From Ignavibacteriales bacterium (GTDB taxonomy: Bacteria; Bacteroidota; Ignavibacteria; Ignavibacteriales; SURF-24): a stretch of DNA of 64,000 nt. The notes under the pieces are model-generated. The model made no database searches and was not told the origin of the DNA. It was given only the letters and a program-made list of their open reading frames with translations. Of the stretch, positions 1 to 10,236 are shown in pieces. A program made the position numbers and the translations under genes. The stretch lies in NCBI GenBank assembly GCA_003599415.1, contig QZKB01000148.1, forward strand, positions 40,181-104,180, read 5' to 3'. Each line of letters begins with the position of its first letter. Position 1 is the first letter of the stretch.

Positions 1-1913
1 ACAACATCACCCTGGGTGTTAATTTCCGGCAGAAGATTTCTAAAAAAGAAATACCCGTTTGAAAGAGTTTTCATCTCGCGTTCAATTTTATTTCCCTGCG
101 ATAAAGAAAGGCTCCAGATTCTTACAGTTGCGTCTTTAACCGGTTGAGCCTGGTTATCTGCTCTGTAAACATAACCTGCAACACGCGGATTAACAGGTGT
201 AAGATATTTTGTAACGCTCATATTAAATGGAGTATACTCATTTCTGAATACGGCATAATCATTAAAGCTCTGCGGGAACTGATAACTTGAATAAAGCAAT
301 TGGTAATAATATTTACCGCGTGTTGTATCAGTCTCCATTCTAATCCAGTAGCTGTCGTTAGGGCCAATGTTTTTTACAAGCCGGCGGAATTTAATTTCTC
401 CGTTGTCATCAGTTTCACCTTCTGCTAATATTTCATAGCTGCCAAGATTCTCACGAGGCATCTCTGCAGTTCCTTCATCTACAGGAACACCAACAGGACG
501 GTTAATCCTTAGCAGTTTTACATTTACAAATTTCAATGGCGATGTTGTTAACTGACCCTGAACATTTTGTTCGGGCATAACTTTAACTGTCAGTTGGTAA
601 CTTCTGAACGTTGTAAACAATGTTCCGACTTCTCTTGATTCTCCCGGTTGAATAATTAAACTTGTCGTTGGACTTGTGAAATACGGATTATCAACTATAA
701 TCTTGGCAACAATTTTCAAATCGCCGTAATGATGTGTTCCCATTTCGCCGCCGGTATAGTAATCATAGTTGTTCTTAATTACTCCCATTGTTGTTGTATC
801 AACATAAAAGAAATTAAACTTACCCTGATCATCTGTTACTGCAGTTGCAAGAGTAGATTTAATGTCGCTCCAGCTTGATCCGTACAAAGGACCTATGACA
901 TAATTGCCAACTTCTTTTGCAAGAACCAACCTGATGTTAGTATTTTTAAGCGAGCGGGCAGCACCATCACCTGCCTGACCCGACTGATAAAAAATTTCTC
1001 CGCTAACTGTTGTAATTCCCTGCACAACGTCCCAGATTCCACCAGTTACTTTTACTGAAGCAATATCTACATCATCTGATTTGCGGAAATTTTTATCAAA
1101 TAACGCAGGGCTAGATTTGTATTTAAATGTCCATATTTCACTCTTTCCATTGTTAGAAGAAATCGGTTCGTTAGAATCAAGATCAAAAGCCTGTAGTTGC
1201 CATACATAAGTTTTCCCGGATTCAAGGGGGAATGCATCCGGCGGGTACTGCAAAATATTTGATGAGATAATCTGTGCTTCGTGAATAGGGTTATTTGCAC
1301 TTAAGGCTTTCTGCGGAGTTTGCCCGTAAAGCACTTCGCATAATTTGAATTTATAAACAATAGTTACTTCAGGGGGAACAATTACCGGCGTCCATTGAAA
1401 AGCGGGCAGATTTGTAGTAATTGAATCTCCGTTAGCGGGCGCCAATAACTGCGGGGGATCAGGAAGCAGAATTTTAAAATCAGCACAAGCTTCTGTTAAT
1501 TTTGAATTGCCTTTCATTACGTAGATACAGAAAGTATAATTGCCTTCCGGTAATCTACCTGTTCGCGTTACAAAATCTTTGATCTTCGAATTATATTTAA
1601 CTGAATTCCAGTCAAGATAATCAAGCGAAGTAAAAGTCTGCGTAGCCTGGCCGGTAAAAAAACTGATCGTCCGGCTGTTCGCTTTAAGCATTTCACCGGA
1701 TCTGCTTTCACTTATTCTAAGATCCAATGTAATATCCTGCGATGAAGCTCCGGTATAAGTAATTGTAAGAACCGCAACGTTTGGATCTCTTTCCCATCTG
1801 CTTACAAATGGAGATGGATTAGGATTTACAGTAAGCATTGCATTCCATTGCGCATTCATTTCAGAGAAAGCAAGCAGTATTAGTAGAAATGCAATCGTCT
1901 TCATTTTTGTCAT
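1..1913 (-). CDS. Large secreted TANFOR-like/Ig-repeat protein, 3'-truncated by the window edge; N-terminal paralog of 5743..10002
   Basis: Absent from the ORF track (no stop inside the window). Manual translation from ATG at 1913 gives MTKMKTIAFLLILLAFSEMNAQWNAMLTVNPNPSPFVSRWERDPNVAVLTITYTG...YLDWNSVKYN...TGRLPEGNYTFC...ACADF...YKFKLCEVLYGQTPQKAL...LQYPPDAFPLESGKTYVWQLQA...GKSEIWTF. The frame was spot-checked open near 1020-1080 and at the edge (...NGYFFFRNLLPEINTQGDV). Signal peptide present. Confidence 0.85.
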   Translation of the reverse strand, partial: MTKMKTIAFLLILLAFSEMNAQWNAMLTVNPNPSPFVSRWERDPNVAVLTITYTGASSQDITLDLRISESRSGEMLKANSRTISFFTGQATQTFTSLDYLDWNSVKYNSKIKDFVTRTGRLPEGNYTFCIYVMKGNSKLTEACADFKILLPDPPQLLAPANGDSITTNLPAFQWTPVIVPPEVTIVYKFKLCEVLYGQTPQKALSANNPIHEAQIISSNILQYPPDAFPLESGKTYVWQLQAFDLDSNEPISSNNGKSEIWTFKYKSSPALFDKNFRKSDDVDIASVKVTGGIWDVVQGITTVSGEIFYQSGQAGDGAARSLKNTNIRLVLAKEVGNYVIGPLYGSSWSDIKSTLATAVTDDQGKFNFFYVDTTTMGVIKNNYDYYTGGEMGTHHYGDLKIVAKIIVDNPYFTSPTTSLIIQPGESREVGTLFTTFRSYQLTVKVMPEQNVQGQLTTSPLKFVNVKLLRINRPVGVPVDEGTAEMPRENLGSYEILAEGETDDNGEIKFRRLVKNIGPNDSYWIRMETDTTRGKYYYQLLYSSYQFPQSFNDYAVFRNEYTPFNMSVTKYLTPVNPRVAGYVYRADNQAQPVKDATVRIWSLSLSQGNKIEREMKTLSNGYFFFRNLLPEINTQGDV

Positions 1914-1961
1914 AACCTGCTCCGTTAAAATTTCACAGAAACCCGGCTGTAAATTTTTGTA

Positions 1962-3635
1962 TTAAAATTTGTGTGTATAAGTAAAATTAGCTTTATGTTC
2001 ATTAAAGTCTGATGTATTCTTCAGATTATTAAATGATGATCTTAAGTTAAATGAAACCGCATCTGCCGATGTTAATGCATAAGCGGAAGTAAATCCGATT
2101 ACAGTTGACTGTATGCTTTCTGAATTTGTATATCCCAGGGCAACAGAACTTGATAGTTTATTATTGAACATTTTATTGTTTACACGAAAGTTAAATGTTG
2201 ATGTAGAAGTTGTTCCGGTTCTTTCTATATCCAGTATGTTAAACATAATTGAAGGAGAAACCGACCAGTTCGGAGTTATTGTACTTGTTACAGAGAAGAG
2301 AATATTCTGAACATTAACTCCGTTGCCTTTCCTGAAAATATTGTTGTCTTCAGCATTTTGAGTTGTGTAGCTTAAAACGATTACCTGGCTCTGTTTAAAC
2401 ATAAGAAATTGTGAAGTGGCATTAATCATATATGTCGAATTTATATTATCAACTCTGAATGTATCGCTGGACGCATCGTTTTCCATTGAATTAATCATTG
2501 TTCCGAAAGTCAGATTCAATTCATTAATTGGTCTTCCTGTTATTGTAAAATTTATGTTCGACCTTGTCGTAGTGTAAAGTTTCTGTGAAAGGAGATTATC
2601 TGATTGCGTTTGAAAACTTCCCTGTAATGTTAATTTGTTATCGAGCAGCCGAACTCCTGCACCAAAGTTAATAGTCTTTCTGTCATTTATAATTGAAGTT
2701 AAACCCAAAGATGTATAACCCGGATTTATTAATGAGTAACCAAGTTTTGCATTTACGATATCATAATTGAAATCTAACTGAGTGGAGTAAGCGTAATCCA
2801 GGTTGGTAGAAATATTTATTTTATAAAGACTCTTTACTGTTGAAGGTATTTTATCTGTTTCAAGATCATGGCTAAACATATCCCGTGTAAAAATATCTCC
2901 GGCTGCTTCTCCTGTAAATTTGATCATGTTATCGAACAATTTAATTTCAGTATTCATGCCAAGGACAAGATTTTCCTGTGGAGTTACAAGTTGAGCAAAG
3001 GTTGTAGTATCGTTAAATAAATTTCTCGGGAGAGAAGCAACATTATCTCTTACACGGATTACATTCAAATCAAAAAAAGAGGACTCAGGTTTTCCATATC
3101 CGAGTTTAACACCTGTAAGATATCTTGAAAAGACTGAATTATATGGGCCATCATTTATGGCTTTTTGAATTTGTCCACCGACTATTTGAAGCCGCAAGTT
3201 CCATGGATATAACTCAACGCCAGCACCGCGTATATTTACTCCGCTTAAAGTAAGGGGAGAGAACTCATGAGCAAAATCTCCAAGGTGAGCCTTGCCCCAA
3301 CTCCATTCGGGATGAATAGCAAGTTGATTTATTGACTGCCTTGCAGAACTTCCTTCTGTAGATAAAAGTATATCAAATGAAAGATCAAAATTTTCTAAGA
3401 GTGTTAGTGTTGGTCTGAAGAAAATCATACCTGAAGACGAAGGTCGTCTTCGTTCTCTTCCTGAGATTGAATAGAGTTCACCCGATATTCCCGCTTCACC
3501 GGATAACTGAAAATATTTAACTGAGCCCGATGTGCTGTCGGCAATTGAAGGCGGCGATTCGTTTGTTTGTGAAGCTGAATCAATTTGAAGAGAAAGCAGA
3601 ATAAGAAGGGCAACTATATTAATTCTGAACTTCAT
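1962..3635 (-). CDS. Putative outer-membrane beta-barrel protein of unknown function
   Basis: 557 aa; signal peptide; alternating hydrophobic/polar beta-strand pattern throughout; C-terminal ANFTYTHKF ending in Phe (BAM-type beta-signal). Confidence 0.7.
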   Translation of the reverse strand: MKFRINIVALLILLSLQIDSASQTNESPPSIADSTSGSVKYFQLSGEAGISGELYSISGRERRRPSSSGMIFFRPTLTLLENFDLSFDILLSTEGSSARQSINQLAIHPEWSWGKAHLGDFAHEFSPLTLSGVNIRGAGVELYPWNLRLQIVGGQIQKAINDGPYNSVFSRYLTGVKLGYGKPESSFFDLNVIRVRDNVASLPRNLFNDTTTFAQLVTPQENLVLGMNTEIKLFDNMIKFTGEAAGDIFTRDMFSHDLETDKIPSTVKSLYKINISTNLDYAYSTQLDFNYDIVNAKLGYSLINPGYTSLGLTSIINDRKTINFGAGVRLLDNKLTLQGSFQTQSDNLLSQKLYTTTRSNINFTITGRPINELNLTFGTMINSMENDASSDTFRVDNINSTYMINATSQFLMFKQSQVIVLSYTTQNAEDNNIFRKGNGVNVQNILFSVTSTITPNWSVSPSIMFNILDIERTGTTSTSTFNFRVNNKMFNNKLSSSVALGYTNSESIQSTVIGFTSAYALTSADAVSFNLRSSFNNLKNTSDFNEHKANFTYTHKF

Positions 3636-3712
3636 TTTTTGCCTGCAATATAAAGATTAAAATGAATTAACCGCAATAATTATTAATCAGTCTCCGGTAA
3701 ACCTTTCTTTGA

Positions 3713-5701
3713 TTATTTTACTTCAAGCTTTGCCGATTTACTTTCCGAGATGTTCCCTTTCGTATCAAATGCTTTTACTATGTAATAAAAAGTTTTTCCC
3801 AGCGAAATATCTTTATCAACAAAGGTGTTTTCCTTCTGCAACGGACTAATTGCATTGTCAAAATTATCACTTTCATTTTCTTTTCTGAACACAACATAAC
3901 CAAGAAGATTATCGCCTTTTATCTGGGACCATGATAATGATACTTCATTCTTGTTCTTGCTTAATTTTTGAGTAAATCCTTCAACAGCAGGGAAAGTAGT
4001 ATTTATAAAATATTCTGCAGATAAAATATTTGAGCGGACGGATTTATTACCGGCGCTATCAATCGAAATAACACAATAAAAATATATTCCTCCAGCCATC
4101 ATACTATCTTTGTAAGTATCAGTTTCTTTATTTAACTGTATTTTGTTAAGCTGGTTCCATTTTGATGAATCATCCTTTGCGCTTCTGTAAACAAAGTGAC
4201 CGGCAATATCTTCAACAGTACTGCTAACCCATTGAAGCAAAATATAATTATCTGTTAAATCTGCGTTTACTAATTTAGGCGCCGGCGGGGGAGTTAAATC
4301 TTTTAATTTAACATTAACCACATCTGAGTAAGGACTTAAATTATACTTCTTATCAACAGCCACAATTTTATATTGAAAATAATTTCTTGATTCTTTCTTC
4401 AGTGTATCAACATATGAAACTGCATTTACAGGTTTTGGATTAAGCAGAACAAATTCATCTTCCGTATTTGTAACCGAGCGGTAAATAAAATATCCCAACA
4501 AATCTTTCTCCGTTCCTTTTTTCCAGCTTAGTTTAACTAATCCAACTTCGCCAAGTGCTTTAAGATTAACAGGTTTGGCAGGCGCTTCCCAATCCGGAAT
4601 CTGGGCAATTGTACTCAAACTCTGGCTCTTGTTTGAAGAATTATCCTCTGCAGTAAGATAATAATAATATCTTTCTTCGGGGGATGCTATTTTGTCAACA
4701 TAACTTGTATCGGATTTATCAATTAAAGTTTTGTTAATCTTATTATATGGTCCTTTGAAATCTCTGCTTCTGAAAATATTAAATCCTTTCAGGTCTTTTA
4801 CATAAATTGATTTCCATGTAATCTGTACATCATTTTTAATTGCTGTTGCTCTTACTTTTGTTGGTGCAGGCGGAGGAGTTAAATCCTTTGGTGTAACTGC
4901 AATTGTTGCGCTTCTTTTACTTTCCCTGCCAAGATAATCTGTGCCCGTTAACTCGTAGTAATATGTAACTCCGTTTGTAAGTCCGGTATCACTGTAGAAG
5001 AATTCATTTGTATGATAGTTGCCTGCGGAATCCGGAAATTCAAAAACATGAATTGGAGTGTTATTTATTAATGTCTTCCTGGAATTCTGATTTTCTCCGC
5101 GGTAGATGTTATAAACAAAAAATCTATTTTCATCCCGTTCCCAATTAAAATTTACAATTCCGTCTTTGGCAAAAGCATTAAGTTTGTCCGGCGCAGCAGA
5201 AGCAGAATATTTATCAATTTTTACCGGTTCCGAAACAGCAGACAGATTTTCTTTGCTGTCTTTAATCATTACTACTTTATATTCGTAAGTTTTTCCTTCA
5301 ACAATATTTTCATCGTTATATTGCATTCCGTAAGCAAGCGAGAATTTATCGTCGAGAATTCCTTTGGTTAACAAAATAAGCTCATAGGTTTCTCTGTCTT
5401 CACTGTTATCCGGAATGTTATAAATAATTGAGCTTGCAATAGCTAATGAAGTATCCGCAATATCCGGAGAGACTTTCTCTATCTTTTTAATAGGCTCCTG
5501 CGTAAGCTTTGTCCATTCATTTTGATTTTTTTCTCTGCGGAAGAGAACTACACCTTCATCATTAAATTCTTCCGAAGAGAACCATCTTACTTTTACTTTA
5601 CCGGATTCTGTAAGTCCTGCTACTACTCCAAATTCCTGTCCATAGAAATCCGGAGTTATAAACAGAAATAGTAAAACGATAGCTGATATTATTGTTTTCA
5701 T
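3713..5701 (-). CDS. Secreted/periplasmic fibronectin type III repeat protein (about 6 FN3-like modules)
   Basis: 662 aa; signal peptide; repeated PxxP..L/V..W...GYxxYR...YxD...YYY.V.AxD..GNxS modules; no T9SS CTD. Confidence 0.85.
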   Translation of the reverse strand: MKTIISAIVLLFLFITPDFYGQEFGVVAGLTESGKVKVRWFSSEEFNDEGVVLFRREKNQNEWTKLTQEPIKKIEKVSPDIADTSLAIASSIIYNIPDNSEDRETYELILLTKGILDDKFSLAYGMQYNDENIVEGKTYEYKVVMIKDSKENLSAVSEPVKIDKYSASAAPDKLNAFAKDGIVNFNWERDENRFFVYNIYRGENQNSRKTLINNTPIHVFEFPDSAGNYHTNEFFYSDTGLTNGVTYYYELTGTDYLGRESKRSATIAVTPKDLTPPPAPTKVRATAIKNDVQITWKSIYVKDLKGFNIFRSRDFKGPYNKINKTLIDKSDTSYVDKIASPEERYYYYLTAEDNSSNKSQSLSTIAQIPDWEAPAKPVNLKALGEVGLVKLSWKKGTEKDLLGYFIYRSVTNTEDEFVLLNPKPVNAVSYVDTLKKESRNYFQYKIVAVDKKYNLSPYSDVVNVKLKDLTPPPAPKLVNADLTDNYILLQWVSSTVEDIAGHFVYRSAKDDSSKWNQLNKIQLNKETDTYKDSMMAGGIYFYCVISIDSAGNKSVRSNILSAEYFINTTFPAVEGFTQKLSKNKNEVSLSWSQIKGDNLLGYVVFRKENESDNFDNAISPLQKENTFVDKDISLGKTFYYIVKAFDTKGNISESKSAKLEVK

Positions 5702-5742
5702 AGTTTGATATAAATTATTTTCAGCAAATGCTCTTAATTAGT

Positions 5743-8700
5743 TTAAGATGAACATTCATCTTTTAATGCAAAGGAACCATTCTTATATCTTATTTTGAAT
5801 GATGCGCTCCTGCACAACTTACAACCGATTACACAAACTTTAATGCAGGCTTTAGCATCAACTTTGCCTGCAAAGCAAACAGGATCCGGAAACATTACCT
5901 GCATTACAGCATTCATTTCACCTGAAAGAAGACTAAGATAACCGGTGAAAAATTTAACATCTACATATACACCAATTTCTCCGGATGCTGACATTGATGC
6001 TGTACTTACGAACTGAAGCGGTTTATAATAAATTGTGCTGCTCATTCTAATACTTCCTGCTGCTTTTCCATAAAAGCCAAGACCGGCGCCCCACTTTTGC
6101 GGACCGGTATCAAATGTAAAACCTGCAGCAGTTGTCATATAATTCTGGTCGATTGTAAAGTATCCGTAGAAACCCTGTGCGGTACAGAACATCCTTAATG
6201 TAATCGGTTTTTCAGGTGTACCTATGTGAAGATACCACTCGCTTTCGGAAATGTGCATCTGCATTTCTCCGTCTCCGCAAAGCCCGTCCCAGAAGTTTGC
6301 TTCTATAGTACATTGAGAATCAAAGATTTTTGGATTAGTGGAAATAAAGATTGTAGCCGTACCTTTTATCTTGGCGTCCTCCTTCATAAAGCCGCTTGAG
6401 AGTACATAGATTTCGCCGTATAATGTGCTCTGGAAACCATTACCAACACGGATCTCTAAAGCTACCTTTCCCCAGAATTTGGAACCGTCATCGGAAACGG
6501 ATTGAATTGGACACATTGCGTATACGCCGAAAGTATTATTTTTATCGGGCACATAATCGCTTCCAAGAATACCGTCACCTTTATGTTTCATATGAGAATA
6601 GACTCTGCCTGTAAATCCTCTTATACCAATATCCATTACAGTTGTAATTGCAACCGGAAAGATTGCACCAGCTTCAACAAACCAATAGCTGAACCCATTT
6701 CCGTTATCTGTCTTTCCGATAATTATTTTGCTGAATGCGCTGAATTCAGTCGGGTCATGCATAGTCAAATTAAATGATGCAAGAAATCCTTTACCGTAAA
6801 CAGGGTCATCATTGAAGACAATTAACTGGGCGCCAAAGCTGGTTTCACCATTACCGAAATCAACTCCAATCGGTTCTACTTCAACTTCGCTGTTGGGAAC
6901 TTCTGTTCCGCTTTTGCCCAGACTGTACCGGGCAACAACTATACTTGCATCAAAAGGAGAGCCGTTCTGCGAAGATAAATCCTCTGCAACCACAATTGTC
7001 CCGGCAATTCCAAATGCATAATTCGCATATGTCTTTATCCTGAATTTATCCAGCATAATTGGAAAGCCGTTATATTTGCCTGGTTTGGTAACGCTTAAAT
7101 TTATCCAGCCTTCAGGGTCTGAACCAAAAGCAGAAACAGAACCTGTGCTGTCTATGAAGACATTTGAAACGGGAAGTTTCTCTGTCGTTAATCCATCAGT
7201 TCCGGTGCAATCGAATTTAAAATATCCGTTAAGCCAGAAACAGTTTATACCCGCGAGATAAGAAATAGTAACTATCTGCAATTTTAAAGTGCTTTTATCT
7301 CCCGGTTGACCTCCGCTAATTGCAATCCAGTTTGAAATTCCGTCTAACGAGACAATACCGTTTGAGAAACCATTAGAGGTAATATTATAAGTTATGTCAG
7401 CTTCCTTTTTAATAAACGGAATAAATATTTTGCCCTTAAGGAAATTTCCGGAGTTTCTGAATATGGAATTCTTGAGTATGTTGTTTTCATAATTAAGGCT
7501 GAACCGTTTGATGTTGAAAGCATAACCACGGTATGATCCTTCTAAATTAAGATTGTTTTTATGAATATAGCCGTGCAGCCCGGTAGCGATTATTCTGAAG
7601 TTATCTTTATCGTCCAAAGCGATTGGCGGGTAAGTCATCTTTGCCTGATCAAAAAATATCTCTCCCTGTTTTATGCCGACTAACCCGGCATACAAATCAA
7701 CATTTGCTTCTATAAACCTACACCGCACATCATAGTTACTAACAAGTTTAATGTTGATTAAATCGTTGGTTGCCACATCAAGCAGGAATTTAAAATCATT
7801 CTTATTATAAAACCGTAATGCAATTCTCTGCCCGTTTGAATTTTTTACGCTCACGGGTAAAAGTAATTCGCCCTGAAGTTTTAAAGTAAGCTTGTTGGCA
7901 TTTACAAGAAACTCACTCTGCGTCCTTCCGATATTAAGATTGAAATTAAGTGGAGTAAGCATAAAGAAATTATAATCCGTCTTTGGGTAAGCATGCTGGT
8001 TTTGACCTACAGTAATTTTATGAACGGGATCTACATTAAACCAGATCTCACCGGATTCCATTACGAGATTAGCAGAAGAACCTAAATTTTTAACAAGCAG
8101 GCTTGACTTAAAATTAATTGAGCCGAGTAATGTTGCCCTGTCTGGCTCTAATCTTATAGCAGTAGCTTTTAAAAATGAACTGCCAGGAATAGTTAGTTGT
8201 AATGAAATATTGGTTGGTGTAATGCTCGTCCATATTTCACCTTCGTTTACTTTCCATTCCGGAATTTGTCCGGTGGATATTACCTGTTGAAGCTTTAGTC
8301 CGTGAAAATCAAATTGAATTTTTGGTCCTCCGTGCCATAAAAGAACTTCACCTTTACCGCCAAAATAATTTGCGTTCTTATTTGTAATGGAAAGCAAGTT
8401 TACTTTATATTGCCCGATTATAAAATAATTAATGCTGTCAATCAGCGTAACGCCATTTTTAATCGTAAAACTTTCTGCTTCACTAGAAGCAGTTAAACCA
8501 TTATAAGCTTGTGAATAAGTTGTAACCTGCCAGGCATATCTTTGTTTGTCTTTCAGCTTTCCGGTTTCTTCAGGTAAAATATAAGATGACCAGGATGGAG
8601 GAATTTTATCATTATAAAAAACGTAAGGATTTTCTTTAAGTGCCCGGGCTGGAGTTTGTCCTTCATTTATCTCTGCAATCTTCAAACGAAAATTTGTTAT

Positions 8701-10002
8701 TGATTTTACAAGCTTTGAATTATCCCAACTGAAAAGGTATGTCCTGCTGTGAGACTGGCTATGTAAAGTATCAGCTTCAAAATCCGCATTGTCCACAGGT
8801 GATAATAACGGGATAAATTCAACACTGCTTTGTACGGTAAACTTCCAGATGCTGCTTGAATCAATTAATCCTCCCCACGGTTCCGAATAAAGCCAGACAC
8901 GCCAGGCATATTGTTTTTGATTTATTAAACTTCCTTCTTCTTCGGTTATCCAGTACATCGGTTGTGTAGGCAGGATATCATTCTTAAAAAAAACAGGTGG
9001 ATTATTATTCAATGCAGATTCAGCATTCTGCCCCGGTAAAATTTCTGCAATCTTCAACCAGAAATTTGTTATTGTCTTTTTCAGGTTGATTGTTGTCCAT
9101 GTAAACTTGAATGCTTTTGAGTACTGGCTTACCTGGGTTGCTGATAAGGTTGAATTATCAGCGGGTGAAACAAGTTCAACGGTTTTTTCTTCTTTAAATA
9201 TTTTGAATGACCATACTTCACTTTTACCGTCAGTTTTGAATTGTACTACAGAAGGACTGCCTGAACCGCTTACTGCCTGAACCTGCCATGCATATTGTTT
9301 CCCTTCTTCAAGAGGGAGAGCTTCCGGCGGATATTGTAAAATTGTTTGACTTGTAAGAACAGTTTCATAAACAGGCTGATTGGATTGAACAGCTTTCAGC
9401 GGTGTTTGCCCTGGAAGCATTTCACACAATTTAAATTTGTAATCAACAAGTAAAGGCGGAGGAACTTCAACCTGCCACCACTGTAACACGGGCATCGTTG
9501 TGTTAATTACACTCATATGTGTCGGCAAGGATAAAGCGGGCGATCCGGCGAGTATTATTGCAAAATCTGCACACGACTGCGAAAGCATTGTGTTTACCTG
9601 CTTAACTTCAGCGCAGGTTGTATAATCTCCCTCAGGCAAATTACCGGTTTGGACAATTATATTTTTGAAGCTGGCATTATATTTAATTGAATTCCAGTCA
9701 AGGTAATCCATTGTTTGAAAAACCTGGCTTTCACCGGCAGCAAAAAGTATGGTCTTACTACTCGCACTTAATATTTCACCAACACTTTTCTTTGTCACTT
9801 TAAGAAAGATTACAACTTCTTTACTTTCCGTACCTGTATTAGTAATTGTTAATGTTGCAATACCAGGATTATTTTCCCAGCTGGAAATCGTTGGTACAGG
9901 GTAATATGAAGACATGGTTAAGGATGATATCCATTGCTGCGGAGAGGATGTTGATAATAACAGAGTGAGTAAAACTAAAACTGATCGTTTAACCATAATC
10001 AC
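5743..10002 (-). CDS. Large secreted protein: TANFOR-like N-domain, three Ig-like repeats, long beta-rich C-terminal region, Cys-rich tail
   Basis: 1419 aa; signal peptide; GNLPEGDYTTC motif; three repeats of L.SP.DN...F.W...F.LKIAEI..GQ...AL..NP...YAW.V; ends ...CIKVCVIGCKLCRS...DECSS; no T9SS CTD. Confidence 0.7.
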   Translation of the reverse strand: MIMVKRSVLVLLTLLLSTSSPQQWISSLTMSSYYPVPTISSWENNPGIATLTITNTGTESKEVVIFLKVTKKSVGEILSASSKTILFAAGESQVFQTMDYLDWNSIKYNASFKNIIVQTGNLPEGDYTTCAEVKQVNTMLSQSCADFAIILAGSPALSLPTHMSVINTTMPVLQWWQVEVPPPLLVDYKFKLCEMLPGQTPLKAVQSNQPVYETVLTSQTILQYPPEALPLEEGKQYAWQVQAVSGSGSPSVVQFKTDGKSEVWSFKIFKEEKTVELVSPADNSTLSATQVSQYSKAFKFTWTTINLKKTITNFWLKIAEILPGQNAESALNNNPPVFFKNDILPTQPMYWITEEEGSLINQKQYAWRVWLYSEPWGGLIDSSSIWKFTVQSSVEFIPLLSPVDNADFEADTLHSQSHSRTYLFSWDNSKLVKSITNFRLKIAEINEGQTPARALKENPYVFYNDKIPPSWSSYILPEETGKLKDKQRYAWQVTTYSQAYNGLTASSEAESFTIKNGVTLIDSINYFIIGQYKVNLLSITNKNANYFGGKGEVLLWHGGPKIQFDFHGLKLQQVISTGQIPEWKVNEGEIWTSITPTNISLQLTIPGSSFLKATAIRLEPDRATLLGSINFKSSLLVKNLGSSANLVMESGEIWFNVDPVHKITVGQNQHAYPKTDYNFFMLTPLNFNLNIGRTQSEFLVNANKLTLKLQGELLLPVSVKNSNGQRIALRFYNKNDFKFLLDVATNDLINIKLVSNYDVRCRFIEANVDLYAGLVGIKQGEIFFDQAKMTYPPIALDDKDNFRIIATGLHGYIHKNNLNLEGSYRGYAFNIKRFSLNYENNILKNSIFRNSGNFLKGKIFIPFIKKEADITYNITSNGFSNGIVSLDGISNWIAISGGQPGDKSTLKLQIVTISYLAGINCFWLNGYFKFDCTGTDGLTTEKLPVSNVFIDSTGSVSAFGSDPEGWINLSVTKPGKYNGFPIMLDKFRIKTYANYAFGIAGTIVVAEDLSSQNGSPFDASIVVARYSLGKSGTEVPNSEVEVEPIGVDFGNGETSFGAQLIVFNDDPVYGKGFLASFNLTMHDPTEFSAFSKIIIGKTDNGNGFSYWFVEAGAIFPVAITTVMDIGIRGFTGRVYSHMKHKGDGILGSDYVPDKNNTFGVYAMCPIQSVSDDGSKFWGKVALEIRVGNGFQSTLYGEIYVLSSGFMKEDAKIKGTATIFISTNPKIFDSQCTIEANFWDGLCGDGEMQMHISESEWYLHIGTPEKPITLRMFCTAQGFYGYFTIDQNYMTTAAGFTFDTGPQKWGAGLGFYGKAAGSIRMSSTIYYKPLQFVSTASMSASGEIGVYVDVKFFTGYLSLLSGEMNAVMQVMFPDPVCFAGKVDAKACIKVCVIGCKLCRSASFKIRYKNGSFALKDECSS

Positions 10003-10236
10003 TCCAGATAAAAATGACAGGTCTTAAAACATTATTTAGTTTCGAAAATATCCGGACCGGTCACTCTTCATTTCAATTAAAAATACTAACTAATTTAAAC
10101 CGAGTTATATTTGTTTTAAAAAGAGCAACCATCTGTTAATGGCGTCATTCAAAAAATTCCACACGCATTTTATTAAAAAGGAACGGCCGTGTCAAGTAAA
10201 AACTTGGATATCGATGCTTCAAATCACCAAAAAGTT

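Noticed and set aside
1067-1300. 77-aa minus-strand ORF from the track
   Set aside because: Alternative frame inside the longer edge-truncated CDS 1913..<1, which has clear paralogy to 5743..10002.
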